Below are positions 24,747 through 38,496 of a stretch of 64,000 nucleotides of DNA, piece after piece; position 1 is the stretch's first letter, and the number at the start of each line of letters is the position of its first letter. A model generated the notes under the pieces. That model was not told the DNA's origin and made no database searches. It worked only from the letters and a program-made list of their open reading frames with translations. The DNA lies in contig NW_019029017.1 in the NCBI RefSeq assembly GCF_002105155.1, positions 62,001 through 126,000 on the forward strand. The letters run 5' to 3'. The DNA is from Lobosporangium transversale. Lineage: Eukaryota. Position numbers and translations under genes: made by a program.

Positions 24747-26027
24747 TTGCCACACAATAAAAGTGCTGGCAACAAACTCTCAAGGAGTGTCAATGAAAAT
24801 TATTCGTGTTCACAAGAATTATTTGAAATGAATCGCTCGTTGCATATAACCTCTCTCAGTTTTAATTTGTCTGCCATCAAGACACTATCCTAATTGTATC
24901 AACCTCTTTATCGACGAATTAATTAAATATACTACTTTATGTTGAATAAATGAAGCTGTTACCTCATTCAGTATGGTCCCATACCTTGAGTATGAATAGT
25001 AACAGCAAGGCAGCTTAATATATAAGATATGGTTCATTTAGTGTTGGGGTAGCCTGGGCGAAAAAGAGGGATATTCCCCGATAACCTACGATGTTAGGTC
25101 GTCCTTGCTCCTTTAGACTAGCTCCCCAAAAATCTACGCATTGAAGAGGGCATTCCTTGGTGAACAGTATACTATTTATTTAGTGTTTCCTTGCTCGGTG
25201 TAATTCAGCCATGTATTGTCCCATATGCATTTTTTGGTGTAAACAGTGATTCAATTGGTCCACAACACTGGTAAGTAAAGCAGCTGACCCATAGATCCAA
25301 CATTGCTGCATTGAGATCAGACTGCCAACATCGTTGTCCGACATCCCATTTATCCAGTCAAGGCAATAAAAAGAAAATTGACATTCATCTTTTTGCTTTT
25401 TATAATTCTCTTCAAGATTGCAAAAATAATTAGCTTTACTCTGAACATTAAGCCTCACCGCGACGTCATTTCAGTAGCTGATCTTCGACCGTGTCTAGGC
25501 CTGTCAAAGCCTGAAATTAAGGTGCCGTGCTAAATTTTTATTATACTCAATGACGATTTATGCATGTTTCTGTGTGTGCCTGAGTGTGTGCCTGAGACAA
25601 ATCCATTTTCATATTTGAATATGATGCAAGTAACTTGTCAGCTCCCCTTTCTCTTTTCTTCTCTTGTTTCCACAGATCCGTCAGTCTTGGTATCGAAATC
25701 CATGCTTGATGACGAGGCCTTTATCTTCTCACTCTTTGTTGACACCTTTCTAACATCACGCACACGCCACAGACCTCTCTCCACAACTGTTTTGTGTTGT
25801 CTCTAAATATCTAGCAACTTGTTTTTGTCGTACCCAATCGTCCGATCTGTCACCAACAATCATCTCAATCCTCGTTCTCTGATATTCCTTGGATATGTCA
25901 GTGTATCACTGATGCTTATTTCCCCCTTCTCTTCTCCACATTTTACCGAAAGGGGTAAAAAGGAAAAAAAAAAAAAGCAGTAGCCACAGAAACACAAATT
26001 CGTACCCTGCCTCTCCCACGTTCATTG

Positions 26028-27120
26028 ATGACTACACTAATAATAAACCAGGACGCAGTAGAACCAGGCTATGAGGCAGCAAAGGCCGCAGATGCTGCGC
26101 CCATAAATATGCGTGAGAGCAGTAACAGCAATAGTCCCATGGTCAGTGACATGAGAATTGGATGTTTAGATGAATGCCATTTCTCAACATTCTTTTCGTC
26201 TACTTCTCTCCTGTGACACACTGTTTCCTTTTTCGTTCTCCTTTACGCTGGAAGTGAATGAACTTGCTCTTTACATTTCCCCAGACGCCAATGGTGCTGA
26301 CTTCAGGCTCCATGATAGCACGATCATACTCTTTGTATCGCAATGCCTCCAACGTGTTCATTATTGCTATCACCATTGTCATCGTCATCATCGTCCTTTT
26401 TCTTTGTTGTTACTTTGACCTCCGACGAAACTAGTTTACCATCAGTCTGCTGGTCACTAAATTAGACTAAATCCAATGAGGCTAGACTTGCAACTCTTTC
26501 GTTGCAAAAAAACATTTCCCCTCTTCTTCCCACCTCTCTCTTTCTCTTCCTCTTCCCCATGTTCCCTGTCGCATCTATGCTTTTTTCCTACTCAGTTTTC
26601 TGCTTTCCTTCTGTCTTGCTGCTTGACTTTTAGTTTGTCTCTAATTCCTTATTAAAGCCATTCCAAAAATTGTATCCACTTCTGCTTCCATATCATTGTC
26701 TTCTGTCGTTGCCGCGCAGATTTTTACTTTCAGACAACAAAAACGACAAACACAAGCACAAGCATTAGCATAAGCACTAGTATACAGACACCTCCTTCCA
26801 TTCCATCCTTTCATTATCAAACATCAATATCAACATCAGCGTCAGCAGCAAAAGCACAGATAAAGACGAGCACCATCACCATCCATACTTATACTGGTCA
26901 CCAAAGCAGTGGAACCAGTGCTGCCCCCTCGCATGCCTGGTCCCAGCCTGCCCTGCCCTCCCCCTCCCCCTCCTCCTCCTTCTCCTCCCCCTCCTCTTCC
27001 TCTTCCTCTTCCTCTTCCACTTTGTCTTATTCTGGATCCCCTTCTGAAACGTTCAAGTTGTCACCTCTTCCACCTCTGCGCACTCCCGCTCAATCTGAGT
27101 ATAATTCTTCCACACATCCT

Positions 27121-27158
<38 letters not shown>

Positions 27159-30100
27159 TTCTTCACTCTCTTCATCTCGTTCTGCTCACTTTCTTCAACT
27201 TAAACATCAGCAGCAGCAGCTTCGGCTTCAGCTACAGAAGCAGTTGCATATGGCCATGCATCTTAGCAACTTGAAGAACAACCGCAGCATCATCTCTTCC
27301 ACCAACCCTTCTAAAACTGACATTGAATTTGAATCTCATTCATTTTCATCCTCTATTTCGCATTCTGAAAAGACAACAGAATCGTCTAGCCCATCGGATA
27401 GTACACTCGCGCTTCAATCATCACAAAACGTGGTTTCTCATTCACCAGGCGAGAATGCCGTTAATTATGAACCTCATCGAGTAAGAATATATCCTTTCAG
27501 TTTGATTTTTTTTTCCTATTCAGTACACTTAGCAGCGCCCAGAAATATCCGCAGATCACTGGTCCAAATTTCATTATTAGCTTGGAAAGCTTGAGGGACG
27601 AGAGGTCTGTGAATTGAATGGGAAGGCTTGTAGGAATATAAACTCATCAAACTATTTTTTTCCTCGTATATTTTGCTTCTCATCCAGTCCACAGTCTCGT
27701 TAGATCCAGCTGCATCAATCCACAATCTTGTACAGAAGGCTCTTTCTTTTCAATCTTCCCTCGTGCCAACCATGGTCTCACAGGCTTCGGATCTGCCTTT
27801 CCCTTCAGTACAAGAACTTTCTCTAATGCTCAGTGCCGATATTGAGATTCACAGACTTTGGAAAACTATAACCGAGATTCTTTCTCAAAAATTTTACGCC
27901 ACCAGGATTACATTAAGCCTCCCTCAAGATCCTACTGCCGTCGCCTCATCGATCGAAAACAATCTACATCAAAGTCGTCCCTGGGGCCTTAAGGCTCACT
28001 GGGATTACAAGCATCACTTTCTTGATGAGAATACAGTAACGCCTAAAGACGAGTTCGCGCACCATCACCATCGACTGCAAAAAAACTCGTCATTGGCACA
28101 GGATTATCATGACCTTCAGAGCCTGCGCCTATCAGTATCTTCATTCCCACTTCCTTCTTCTTCATCATCATCCTCCTTCTCTTCATCCTCCTCCCCATCC
28201 TCTTTCTCTAGGAGACGGGCTACAACTGCTAATAATAGCTTTAACATTAATATTAACGGTAACGATCATAGTCGTGAATATGATCATATCAACACTAATA
28301 GCATTGATGAAAACAGCACTAACAGAGGAAGCGCAAAGAGCGATAATGGCGACACGAATAATACAAGGAGCAGGCAATACTATCCAGTACCTGATACTGT
28401 TGAGTATCACGAGGATTATTGGACCACCAATCCACCACAGGATTGTGGATACTCCTCTTCAACATCTAGTGCATCGTCCTATTCTTCCGTTAGCGACTGG
28501 ACAGATACTTCGAGATCGGCGATCCGTCCTCGAAGGTTCACTCCGCATTCAAGTGGCACGGAATGCTTCGCCAATCTACAATCGTTAGAGTACGATCCAG
28601 AGCCGCTGTTGAATGAACGTACTATCGATAGCATTTTGAAAGCTGGAAAGACAGTTGTCTTGACCCGTGAATATGTGGGCTCTAAGACTATGAGGAGAAA
28701 GGGTTCACGTATGAGATCATTCTTAAGTCGGCGAGTGCATGACGAAGAGGACGACTCTTCATACACGGATACAGATCCTGCGGACGATCATGCGGATATA
28801 CAAGATGTTGAAGACACGGACAGAAAAGGAATGGCGCGAGCTCTTTACACTGAAGGGGAATCCATTTTTGAGCAGGATACAGGTTCAGGTATGTATAACA
28901 TTTGTCTGAGTGATGACTCCTGATGCATTAATCAAATTGTGTCTTTGAAAGGGGAAATCAATGAGTGTTATACACGCAAACAATCAAGAAGTATACAAAT
29001 ATATACTTACAAAAAGATGCGGGGACGATAAACCATCCACACTAAGAAGTCAGGCACAGCAAATAAACTTTCAGGATCAGTGAGAGCTGCACTATAATAG
29101 CGCCATCTTTAAAGAACTGCACGGACAGTCAGAAGCAGGGGCGTTTATTTGAACACATTCATCTCTACCACCATGCTAACTTCCAATATATATTTATCAA
29201 CAAACGACTTTCCTCCAACATTGAGTGACAATGTCTTAAAATCCATGATAATAAGATAGTAAAAGAAATCATGTCGTGCACAACATACACCTACGGATGG
29301 GACAAGGAGGCTTACCGCAATCATCTTTGATGCTCATTGTTTGTTTGCTAATGTATACGTGCTCGCTTTCTAGATATGGACTCATCTTCTTCACGTTACG
29401 ACTCGGAAGGATCGTATTTTCCACCTGTGGAAACAACTCTTTACAATGCACGTGGAAATAACGCTGGCCTCTTGGGAGGTCATTCCAAAACAGGATACAC
29501 CGATATTGTTCAGGGACTAAATCCGACCTGGTCACAGTCACCCGCACCATCTCCTAATATCATCAAGGAAGACCCAACGATTAACCCGTTCTTCCAGCCC
29601 CTTACATCATATCCAGCTATGGATGAAGACACATTTGATCCGCCTGACTCGATAAGCGATTCTACAGAGGATGATCACAATATTGAATCAGACCAACCAA
29701 AAGAATCGTACCATCACACCGGTCCTTCGCGCCCACAAGTACCTGTATCCTCTTCGCAGATACCACTCCCAACACCCTCGTCTGTGCTCTCCAATGCAAG
29801 GTCATTAATCCACATCCCCCTTTATCGGTCTATGGATCACAATAACCAGCGATACCTGCCTTCAGATATTCGCAGTCATCGGCCACCGGCGATGCCTGTG
29901 GGTATAATCTCTTTCCTTTCAGACCAGATCCCCTACCCTCCTGAAGCATTAGACATTTTGACGGATCTGAATCCTTTTCTCGCCAATCAGATTACAAATG
30001 CACTGCGTCTAGAAGATATTGTAACTAGATCCCATAGATGGGGGGATATCAGCACTCCCAGCATGAGTGATGGACCACTTACCAACGAGACATTCGCAGA

Positions 30101-33100
30101 GTCAATACAGCGCAAGATGAAAGAGACTGGCGACGATCTTAGAACACCCAAACCATCAACGGTGAGTCATAGTGCGAGTCAAGATTATATGAATGCAACC
30201 TCTGCAGGCATTTCGCACCCTCGACATAAACAGTCATCTACACGGTACACTACGGCAGCGTCAAGGATCAGGTCTAAATCAAGGAATCAGCAATCCAATG
30301 CTTCTCAAACCCTTTCAAAGCAGCTACGTATGACTAAGGACCCTGAAGGATATAACGATTCCTCAAGCTATAAGTATCAGAGTTCTACGCAAGCGAAAAT
30401 GAGCATTAAACGCGATACAACCGTTCCTTTAGGACCTTCTGGCCTATCAGATGGCAATCTTACCGAACCAGAACCTTCACCAGTTCATTCACCAAACGAG
30501 AATCAGTTTGACCCGTATGATATGCCCCAGTCGAGCAAGCAGCCAGAAGCTTGCTATAATCTCGATTCGACTACAGATGAGATTCATCGCAATCTAAACT
30601 TACTGAACTTGGACGTTACTGGAAGCGCGACATGCCCACTTGCCCCACAAACAAAAAAAGTCTCTGGGCGACAACACCACACCTCGAGAAACGCTCTATC
30701 CCACCATACTGATGATGCTTTTCTCTCGGGCTGGTCTAACGACTGTCGACGAATGGGATCTTCAAAATTGTTGGATATTGAAGGAAATGAAGGCCTTGAT
30801 AATCATGAGAGGATGTGGCAGACTTTGCAGGCTGAAGAACCAGAGGAAAGAGCACGATCATTACCGAGCTCACGACTTGGGGATAGCGAATTAGAGCTCG
30901 CTGGAAACGAATCTCTGCGCTTAAGCTCAACTCACTCTGTCTCTCCTACAGGTGGAGCCAAGCGGCACTTATTTTCAACTAGTAAGCGGTCGGGTCTCCG
31001 TAGGAGGCGAAAGAGTGTAAAAGACCATATTCGGAGTCGGGGAACTCCATCTCACCTATCAGAGAGTCCACTTCCAAGCTCACCATACACACCAACTATG
31101 TCTGGATTCTCGTCGCAGCAATCAGAAGCATCGTCAGGCAGCGCCAACATTAGCGTCCCAGCGTTTTCGCCAGATCCATCGCCGATCGCATCGCCATCAG
31201 TGCACCAAACTAGGGCATTTGATCATGATTTTAGAATGATGGATTTAGCAGCAAGCCATGAACATGGAGAAGCAAGAAAAACTTCCTTAAGTAGACAAGG
31301 CAGTGGCTGGAGCTTCAATAGTGATGACACAAGTCTTACATCGCCTGGCCCTCAGCATGAGAAGCATCATGTTGGACGTAAACACAAAAGAAAGCATCAT
31401 GCCTTCTCTTCAGAGCGACATGGTCATAACCCGTTCCCAAGAACGCGGCTCTTACGCTTGATTGTTGATGCCATCTCACATCATGTTTTGTATGCTGAAT
31501 TGTCTTCCAACAGAATTGTATTGCACCTTACAGCCAATTAAGGCAAAATACTAAATATCTACATCCCATCCCTATTTGGTGTTTTTGCTCTGAATTACTA
31601 GCACGCTTTCGCCAAGATCAGGATGCCTGACCTGGCTTAACCAGCGATCATTGCAATATACGGGGCTGCCGTTGTCTCAACTGCTTCACACTTCATGGAC
31701 TCAACTACTTCATGAGGATGACAGAGAGACATTTCAGCCCCTTTTCAAAGACTGCTTTATTCGAGGCGAAATGTTTAATGCCCAATATAGGGTTCGCCGA
31801 TTTGATGGACAATATCGTTGGTTCCTAGGCCGAATTTTGCCGGTTCGTGATTGTGGTGGCAACATCGTGCATTGGTTTGGGACGTGCACTGACATCCATG
31901 ACCAAAAATTGGTTGAATTACAATTCAATCGCCAAGTGGAACTAGAGTTGAGTGAGGTAAAAAAAAAAAAAATTGCTTTTGATTTACTCCTGGTAATATG
32001 AAATCCATTGGCGAAGTTTAAATTGAAAATTTAACTTAAGTCTATGTGTTCTATTACAGAAAAAATATCGATTACTAGCAGAAGCAATTCCGCAAATAGT
32101 ATTTACAGCTTCTCCTCACATCGGCTTGACATATGCAAACGCAAAATGGTTCACGTATTCGGGCCAAGTTTTTGAGCAGGCCTCAGGGCTAGGGTTCATG
32201 GACCATGTGTGAGTAATCTATTTGATATTATTGTTGTTAACCAGAGATAAGTTTGACTGCAGAATTCTTTCTGAAACATAAGCATACTTCTGTTTATATA
32301 ATATAGGCATCCCGATGATAGAGCCAAATGCTTCCTTCCTACAAATCTTCCAGAAGGTAGTGGGCCTCCTCCAGAAATGTCAGGATCAGATCCTAGCTCA
32401 CGGTATTCAACCTCGCCGGGCACTGCATATGGAAAAGGACCAGGAGAGGTTTCATATCAAACAGAAATGCGATTACTTAGAAAGGATAGTAAATACCGAT
32501 GGTTCTTGGTCAAGTGTATTAGTGTGGAGGTTGTGGAACAAGGACGAAAGTGGTTTGGGACCTGTACGGATATTAACGATCAGAAATTGCTAGAGCATAA
32601 GCTTAAAGAAGCGCATGATGCAGCGCAAAAGTCGACTGAGAGCAAGACCCGCTTTTTATCTAACATGTCGCATGGTAACAAAAAGTACTAATTGTGTAAG
32701 CTGCTTATTTTTATGATGTATTTTTGCTTATACATTTTATCATTATTTCTTAAATCATACAAATCAACCGATAGAAATTCGAACTCCATTGGTGGGAATC
32801 ACTGGAATGATAAACTTTTTAATTACTACAGATCTGACAAGCGAGCAGTTGGATTACGTTCATACAGTGCAGCAATCTGCAGAAGCCTTGCTTCTAGTCA
32901 TTAACGACATCTTGGATCTTTCTAAAGTAGAAGCCGGTATGATGAAGCTTGAAATGGAGCCCTTCAGCGTTCATGCGATGATTGAGGGTGCCAATGAGCT
33001 TCTGAGCACCTTGGCTATTCAAAAAGGACTAGAACTTGGATTTTTGGTAGAGGATGATGTACCTGAGGTAGTAGTCGGCGACCGTGTCCGTCTACGTCAA

Positions 33101-33151
33101 GTTCTTATCAATATTATCGGCGTAAGCTCCTTGCACTATTAACTGAGCGTC

Positions 33152-33182
<31 letters not shown>

Positions 33183-35198
33183 TGGTTTAATAATTATTTG
33201 GGTATGGTTTTTAAATTTAGAATGCAATCAAGTTCACATCTCAAGGAGAGGTATTTTCTCGTTGCTCTTTGGTACCTTCCAAGCCGAATACCGATCCGAC
33301 ATCATTGACTATAAAATTTGAGATTTCGGACACCGGTAAAGGATTTGATGAATCAGAAAGAGCAGTGATGTTCAAACCTTTTTCTCAAGTGGACACATCC
33401 TCAACCCGAAAGCATGGCGGTACTGGATTGGGTCTTGTACTGAGCAAAGAATTTGTCGAGCTGCATGGTGGAAGTATCCAATGTGAAAGTGTTAAAGGAC
33501 AAGGAAGCAAATTTTCATTTACTTTTGTCGCTCGTATACCACCACCAAACACTACCGCGCGTGCAACCACCCCTATCGCCAGCGATGATGTGCACTTAAG
33601 TGAAATGTTGAAGGTTAATAGAAAGCCCACTCCAAGTGCTTCAGCAGCGTCTTCGGCAGTGCCTGTACTCAAACTTCCCTCTAAATCAACGTCATTCAAG
33701 GATAATAAGGCTGTTCCAGAAATCTTGCCTCTTAGACACGTTACAGGCCTCAAGCTGATTCCAGGGGAAATGTGTTTTGCAGAACCTGATTTGGAAGATA
33801 CGATAGCGACTGCATCAAATGCGCTAAAGAGTGCAGCTCGCAAGATTGGCCGTGGTGAGTTTGCAACCGCGGATATTACACTGAATTCTATCGCGGAGGA
33901 TGAGTTAGAAGCCAGAAAACACAGCGCAGCATTGAATCCAAAGGCGAATATTGATTTGCCTGTGAGCGACATTAGTACCGTCATGTCGCGGACCGAATCA
34001 ATTCTTGACGAGCGCAGATATCTTAAAGTTGGACAGCTCACACCAACCAATCCCCCGTTAGGCGAGCCCCCAAGCGTTGCTATTGTGGCTGCCAATTTAC
34101 CGAACCCAGCTGTGGATATGAAACTGGCGATTCCTGCAAAGGTTTTGGAGAGTAAAGCGCTAGCCGCGGAAACCAAAAAGACAGTAACCCCTTCAGCAGC
34201 CGTTTCGCAGCTCATGCGACCTGTTCAAATGCTTTCAAACAACTCATCATCGTCAGCGTCGTCATCATCGGTGTCATCATCATCGTCATTGTCATCTTCA
34301 TCCTCTTCCTCAACAATTTCGTCTTTTGATTCTAAGCTGTCCGCTTCCACAGCTATATCCTCGTCTGAATCATTGACTCTACCAGTATCGACTCCAATTT
34401 CTCCAGAACAGCCCCGAATTTTAGTAATCGCAGATTTATTGCACGCTCGCGAGACTATTTTGCACCTAGTCAACCAACTAGTTCCTAAGGAATTGAATCC
34501 TTTAATTGACGTAGCCGTGGATTTAAAGGAAGGAATTGAGTATTTGGTGGGGGAGCGTAAGCAAGTGACCTTGACGGGCAAATTCAACTATTTACTCATC
34601 AATCTGGCGTCGTACATGGCTGTCATGGATATCTTTTCAGCCATGCAACAAGATGGTGTACTCGTTGAATCCAATATAATGACATGTGTAATCACAACTC
34701 CGATGCAGCGGGCCGCGCTAATGGAAGCTATCAAGGTCGAGGAAGCCTCGATGGAAATAGTGAAGCCGAAGGATGGTCAGACGCCGATCAAAGTCATACC
34801 CGATAAAGTCGAATGGGTATTTAAGCCGCTGACGAAAGCAAGGCTTTATGTAGCATTTGCTGATGCTGTCATGCAGCATGACTGTGTTTCTGGGGACCAT
34901 TCAGGGTCTAGGACAAATGGGAAGGACGGGTTCGTGGATAGTAATAAGATCAATCTGAAGCGCAGGACGGCCCAACAAGTGGTGATAAACCAGAAAGAAA
35001 TCTTCAATCAGATGCATGATGCTATGGAAGGACGCAATATCCGGATTCTTTTAGCAGAGGATGATCTGACAAACCAAAAAGTCATCCGAAGGTATTTTCA
35101 GAAGGTTGGAGCTGAGCTCGTAATTGCAAATGACGGTAACGAATGTGTAGACAAGTTCAAAAGTTATCCCAGGAACCATTTTTCGCTTATTTTGGTAA

Positions 35199-35248
<50 letters not shown>

Positions 35249-35544
35249 GCTTCTTTGTTACAACTTTGGCTGTTATTTACTGATGCTTTCTGGCTTCTTT
35301 GGTGTATATTTAGTGCGATCTGTTTATGCCAGGAAAGGACGGATATGAAGCCACTAGGACGATTCGGGACTGGGAAAGTCAGCACCTTCAGGAGGGCGAA
35401 AAGCGGATTCCAATTGTGGCACTCAGCGCCAATGTCATGGCCAATGTCGCAGAGCAATGCTTGAATAGCGGATTCACGTCCTACCTTAGCAAGCCCGTTG
35501 ACTTTAAGAAGCTCAGTGAGACTTTGTGCAAATTAGTTCTCTAG
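26028..35544 (+). CDS. Hybrid sensor histidine kinase (long Ser-rich/GAF-like N-terminus, 2 PAS, HisKA, HATPase, receiver); resembles fungal group V HHKs
   Basis: PAS/PAC motifs DGQYRWFL..WFGTCTDI (twice); H-box FLSNMSH|EIRTPL; N-box RLRQVLINIIG|NAIKFT; G-boxes DTGKG and GGTGLGL; receiver LLAEDD..CDLFMPGKDG..LSKP. The first exon (26028-26141) is inferred from phase-0 splice sites. Confidence 0.92.
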
Positions 35545-36136
35545 CTTTCTATGTGATTTCCTATTATTCTTATTTTTATTAATTGATATTTTTATAATTT
35601 TATTGCTATCGCGCTGGATCCATTTATAACCTTTGCTTTGGCACGTCCACTCGTTTTTTTTTATACGTGTATATTTCTTTGTGAAGTCATTTGCAACTTC
35701 GATCTTTTTAGCAAAGATACTTATTTGAAATCGAGTTTACATTAGACAATGCTCGCTTGCCCATGTACATTCCTCTTTTTTCTTTATACACTATTATCAG
35801 AAAAATAAAATAAAAATAAAAATAAGAAGACTGTTATTTGGTACAACCTTTTTCATGTTATTTCATTGCATCGGCGCAGCAGATTTTGGAAGCCGCATAA
35901 AAATGGAACTCGCCTCGCTCTCTTTTCCTGCATGCATCCCTTTTTTTTACATTTTTGCTCTACCTCCCATGCTCTCTCTCTCTCTCTTTCTCTCTTTCTC
36001 TCTATCTCTCTATCTCTCTATCTCTTCCTCTTCCTCTTTTTCTTTTTCTCTCTCAAATACGTTTAATCTTTAATCATTTTTCTTCCTTACTGTATATTAC
36101 CAACCTGCCCTATTGCGTTGTAGCCCAGCACTAAAT

Positions 36137-37900
36137 ATGACCATCGATATACTAGACCTTCCTGTAGAGATCCAATTTATCATCGGCACATATCTTGACA
36201 TTAGGTCACTCCTATCGTGCATCCGTGTATGTCAACATTTCCGCAAAACCTATATTTCGCATGTCTGGCGAGATATTATCTTTCGGGGACCCCCTCGAAT
36301 TCAACATCAATCACTCCAAGAGAATGCAGCTCTGGTCGAAACCCTTGTGTTACACCGGTATATCCCAAAAAAGTTTTGCTTCATCAAATTTTGCAGGCTT
36401 AAGACTCTACGGCTTGTCGACCTTTCAAAGTGTGTCTCAGAAGCCACTTCAGCATCCTGTGTTGACCTTCCGGTAGCAGCCGCAGTGCTTGCAAAGCGAA
36501 ATCCATGGATTCTCCATCTTGAGTTGTCCTATGTACAGACAGAAATCTCTGAAAAATTCTGGACAATTGTAGCTACAGAATGGAGAGACCCTATCAGCCT
36601 ATCAGTACGGTGTCGACAAGCACCTAAAGGTACTGAGGCTGAGGAGGATGATAAATCCAAACAAAACCCTATCGAGGCGTTCTGGAGTGCATGTGCTCGG
36701 TTCAAAGAGCTAACACTGGATTTACCTTCTTCGATGATGGAGCGTGACAAGACCTCGCTCAAATTCACCACACTCAAGAATCTAAAAAAGCTTACACTCG
36801 CGAGAGCAGGGCAGCTGAGTGACCTTGACGAGCTCAGAGGCAATATAAACACCAGTGATCACCGCCAACGAAGTGCTAAAGTAGAACTGGCCATGATTCA
36901 AACCTGTCCAAACCTAGAATATCTCTGCTGGGATAGGAGCGCAACATCCTTCTTCTCGGGAGCTGGGTTCATGGAAGCACTACGGAGGCAGGTTTGGGCC
37001 AATCTCTCATCGCTCTTATTGCGTCGAATGGCGATCAAGGACGAAGCCATGGCAGATATCTTGAGTTTGGTTTCAAAACGGCTGATAGAACTAGACTTGA
37101 GAGAATCTAGTGGTTTTGGTAGTCTATCGTTTAATGTTCTCTCCGAGCGACATTTTGTATCATTAAAAAGACTTTGCATGTTAGGATGCAATCGATTCAC
37201 AGGTGAGATGGCCTTAAGTGCGCTAAAAGCCTGTAGCCACCTGGAATCCATGGCAGCAGATTACATTTACATGGAGGATATCGCAGAACATAAGGATGTA
37301 GTAACAGGGAACCCAGAGCCTTGGGCATGCTATCAAACCCTAAGGGAACTGCAGGTATTCGTAGCAAGGCGACAGCACCAGGCAAAACCATTAGAGCCTG
37401 AGCCAAAACGAGTTGAACTAATAAGTAGGGGTCAAACACTAAAACAACTGAATATCCAAGTTTTCCGACAGCTTTCCACTTTGAATCGGTTGAAGTCTCT
37501 GACGCTCTCTATGGACATATTTGATCTTCAACTCCTCCCCAGCGAAGTCTTCAAGGCGGTTAATGAGGGAGCCTCGTTAGATTTGCGCCTCAGCTCTGGG
37601 CTTGACTGGCTAGCGAATCTCGAATTGCTAGAGCATTTTGGATTTGAACGTACAAGACAAGAGCTGGGTCCTAAAGAATTGCACTGGATGAAGATGCATT
37701 GGCGACAGCTGAAAACAGTCAACGGGCAGCTCAGTCATGACCAAGAACAGCATAAGTCGCTGGCATCTATACTGAAGGCGGCAGGAGTCTCTTGCTCTGA
37801 GGCAGATAACAACAATAGTTCTTATATGAGATTTATAGACGAATCACATAGAGGGGGTGTTGAAGATAATTATAGCACTGTTAGTGAAATAGAATATTAA
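36137..37900 (+). CDS. F-box/LRR (RNI-like) protein of an expanded family
   Basis: LDLPVEIQFIIGTYL..LLSCIRVC F-box, LxxLxL repeats, C-terminal LDLRLSSGLDWLANL..W..LK motif; intronless. Confidence 0.85.
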   Translation: MTIDILDLPVEIQFIIGTYLDIRSLLSCIRVCQHFRKTYISHVWRDIIFRGPPRIQHQSLQENAALVETLVLHRYIPKKFCFIKFCRLKTLRLVDLSKCVSEATSASCVDLPVAAAVLAKRNPWILHLELSYVQTEISEKFWTIVATEWRDPISLSVRCRQAPKGTEAEEDDKSKQNPIEAFWSACARFKELTLDLPSSMMERDKTSLKFTTLKNLKKLTLARAGQLSDLDELRGNINTSDHRQRSAKVELAMIQTCPNLEYLCWDRSATSFFSGAGFMEALRRQVWANLSSLLLRRMAIKDEAMADILSLVSKRLIELDLRESSGFGSLSFNVLSERHFVSLKRLCMLGCNRFTGEMALSALKACSHLESMAADYIYMEDIAEHKDVVTGNPEPWACYQTLRELQVFVARRQHQAKPLEPEPKRVELISRGQTLKQLNIQVFRQLSTLNRLKSLTLSMDIFDLQLLPSEVFKAVNEGASLDLRLSSGLDWLANLELLEHFGFERTRQELGPKELHWMKMHWRQLKTVNGQLSHDQEQHKSLASILKAAGVSCSEADNNNSSYMRFIDESHRGGVEDNYSTVSEIEY

Positions 37901-38425
37901 AAAGTAAAAATACACAAAAAACTGTGTCAAGAACTTTATTGGTGACGGAGATCCGCATGGATGCATGCTAGGCCATGTCCTTTTTTTTTTACTTTCCTGT
38001 CCTGCTACTGTACAAACAGTAATGTTATGCATCGTGTCTGGGTTGTCAGTGAGACATTTTTTGATAACGGGGGACAATGTAGAATTTATTATTTCCGTAT
38101 AAGGGATCGCGGTATCTAGTAATCGGCCGTAACCGCATTGTTGTACTGCACATCTTGTTCATGAACTACGTCAGTATTGAGTAGTCTTCCTTGGCCTCCT
38201 GGAGACTTGTGGCAGGGCTCTACTCCCTACTTGGCCTGTTGATTTTTTTTTTTTGATAACAAGGACCCTCAGGGTCATGGAATCCTTGGTAACGTATGGT
38301 GCCGTCATTTGACAAAAAAAAACAATAATTAATCACGTGATATTACCCACGTGACCCTTAATCAAGAGAAGATTAACATAAATAAATTAGATTTTAGAGT
38401 CCTTGCAGTTGCCTCTTGTTGGCTA

Positions 38426-38496
38426 GGGGTGTTGGTTAAGGGGTATAATCCTTTGTTCGGGTCAAAGGGGCCCGGGTTCGAGTCCCGGACACCCCC
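38426..38496 (+). tRNA. tRNA-Pro, anticodon CGG
   Basis: Cloverleaf: acceptor GGGGTGT/ACACCCC, anticodon arm CTTTG-TTCGGGT-CAAAG, T arm CCGGG-TTCGAGT-CCCGG; short T run downstream. Confidence 0.95.

Noticed and set aside
25120..25180. Minus-strand resemblance to U2 snRNA (TAGTATACTGTTC...GATTTTTGG)
   Set aside because: U2 5' end, intact branch-pairing region and stem IV loop are absent
33385..34215. Long antisense ORFs (also 5835-6443 and 7761-8261)
   Set aside because: Shadow frames of real genes
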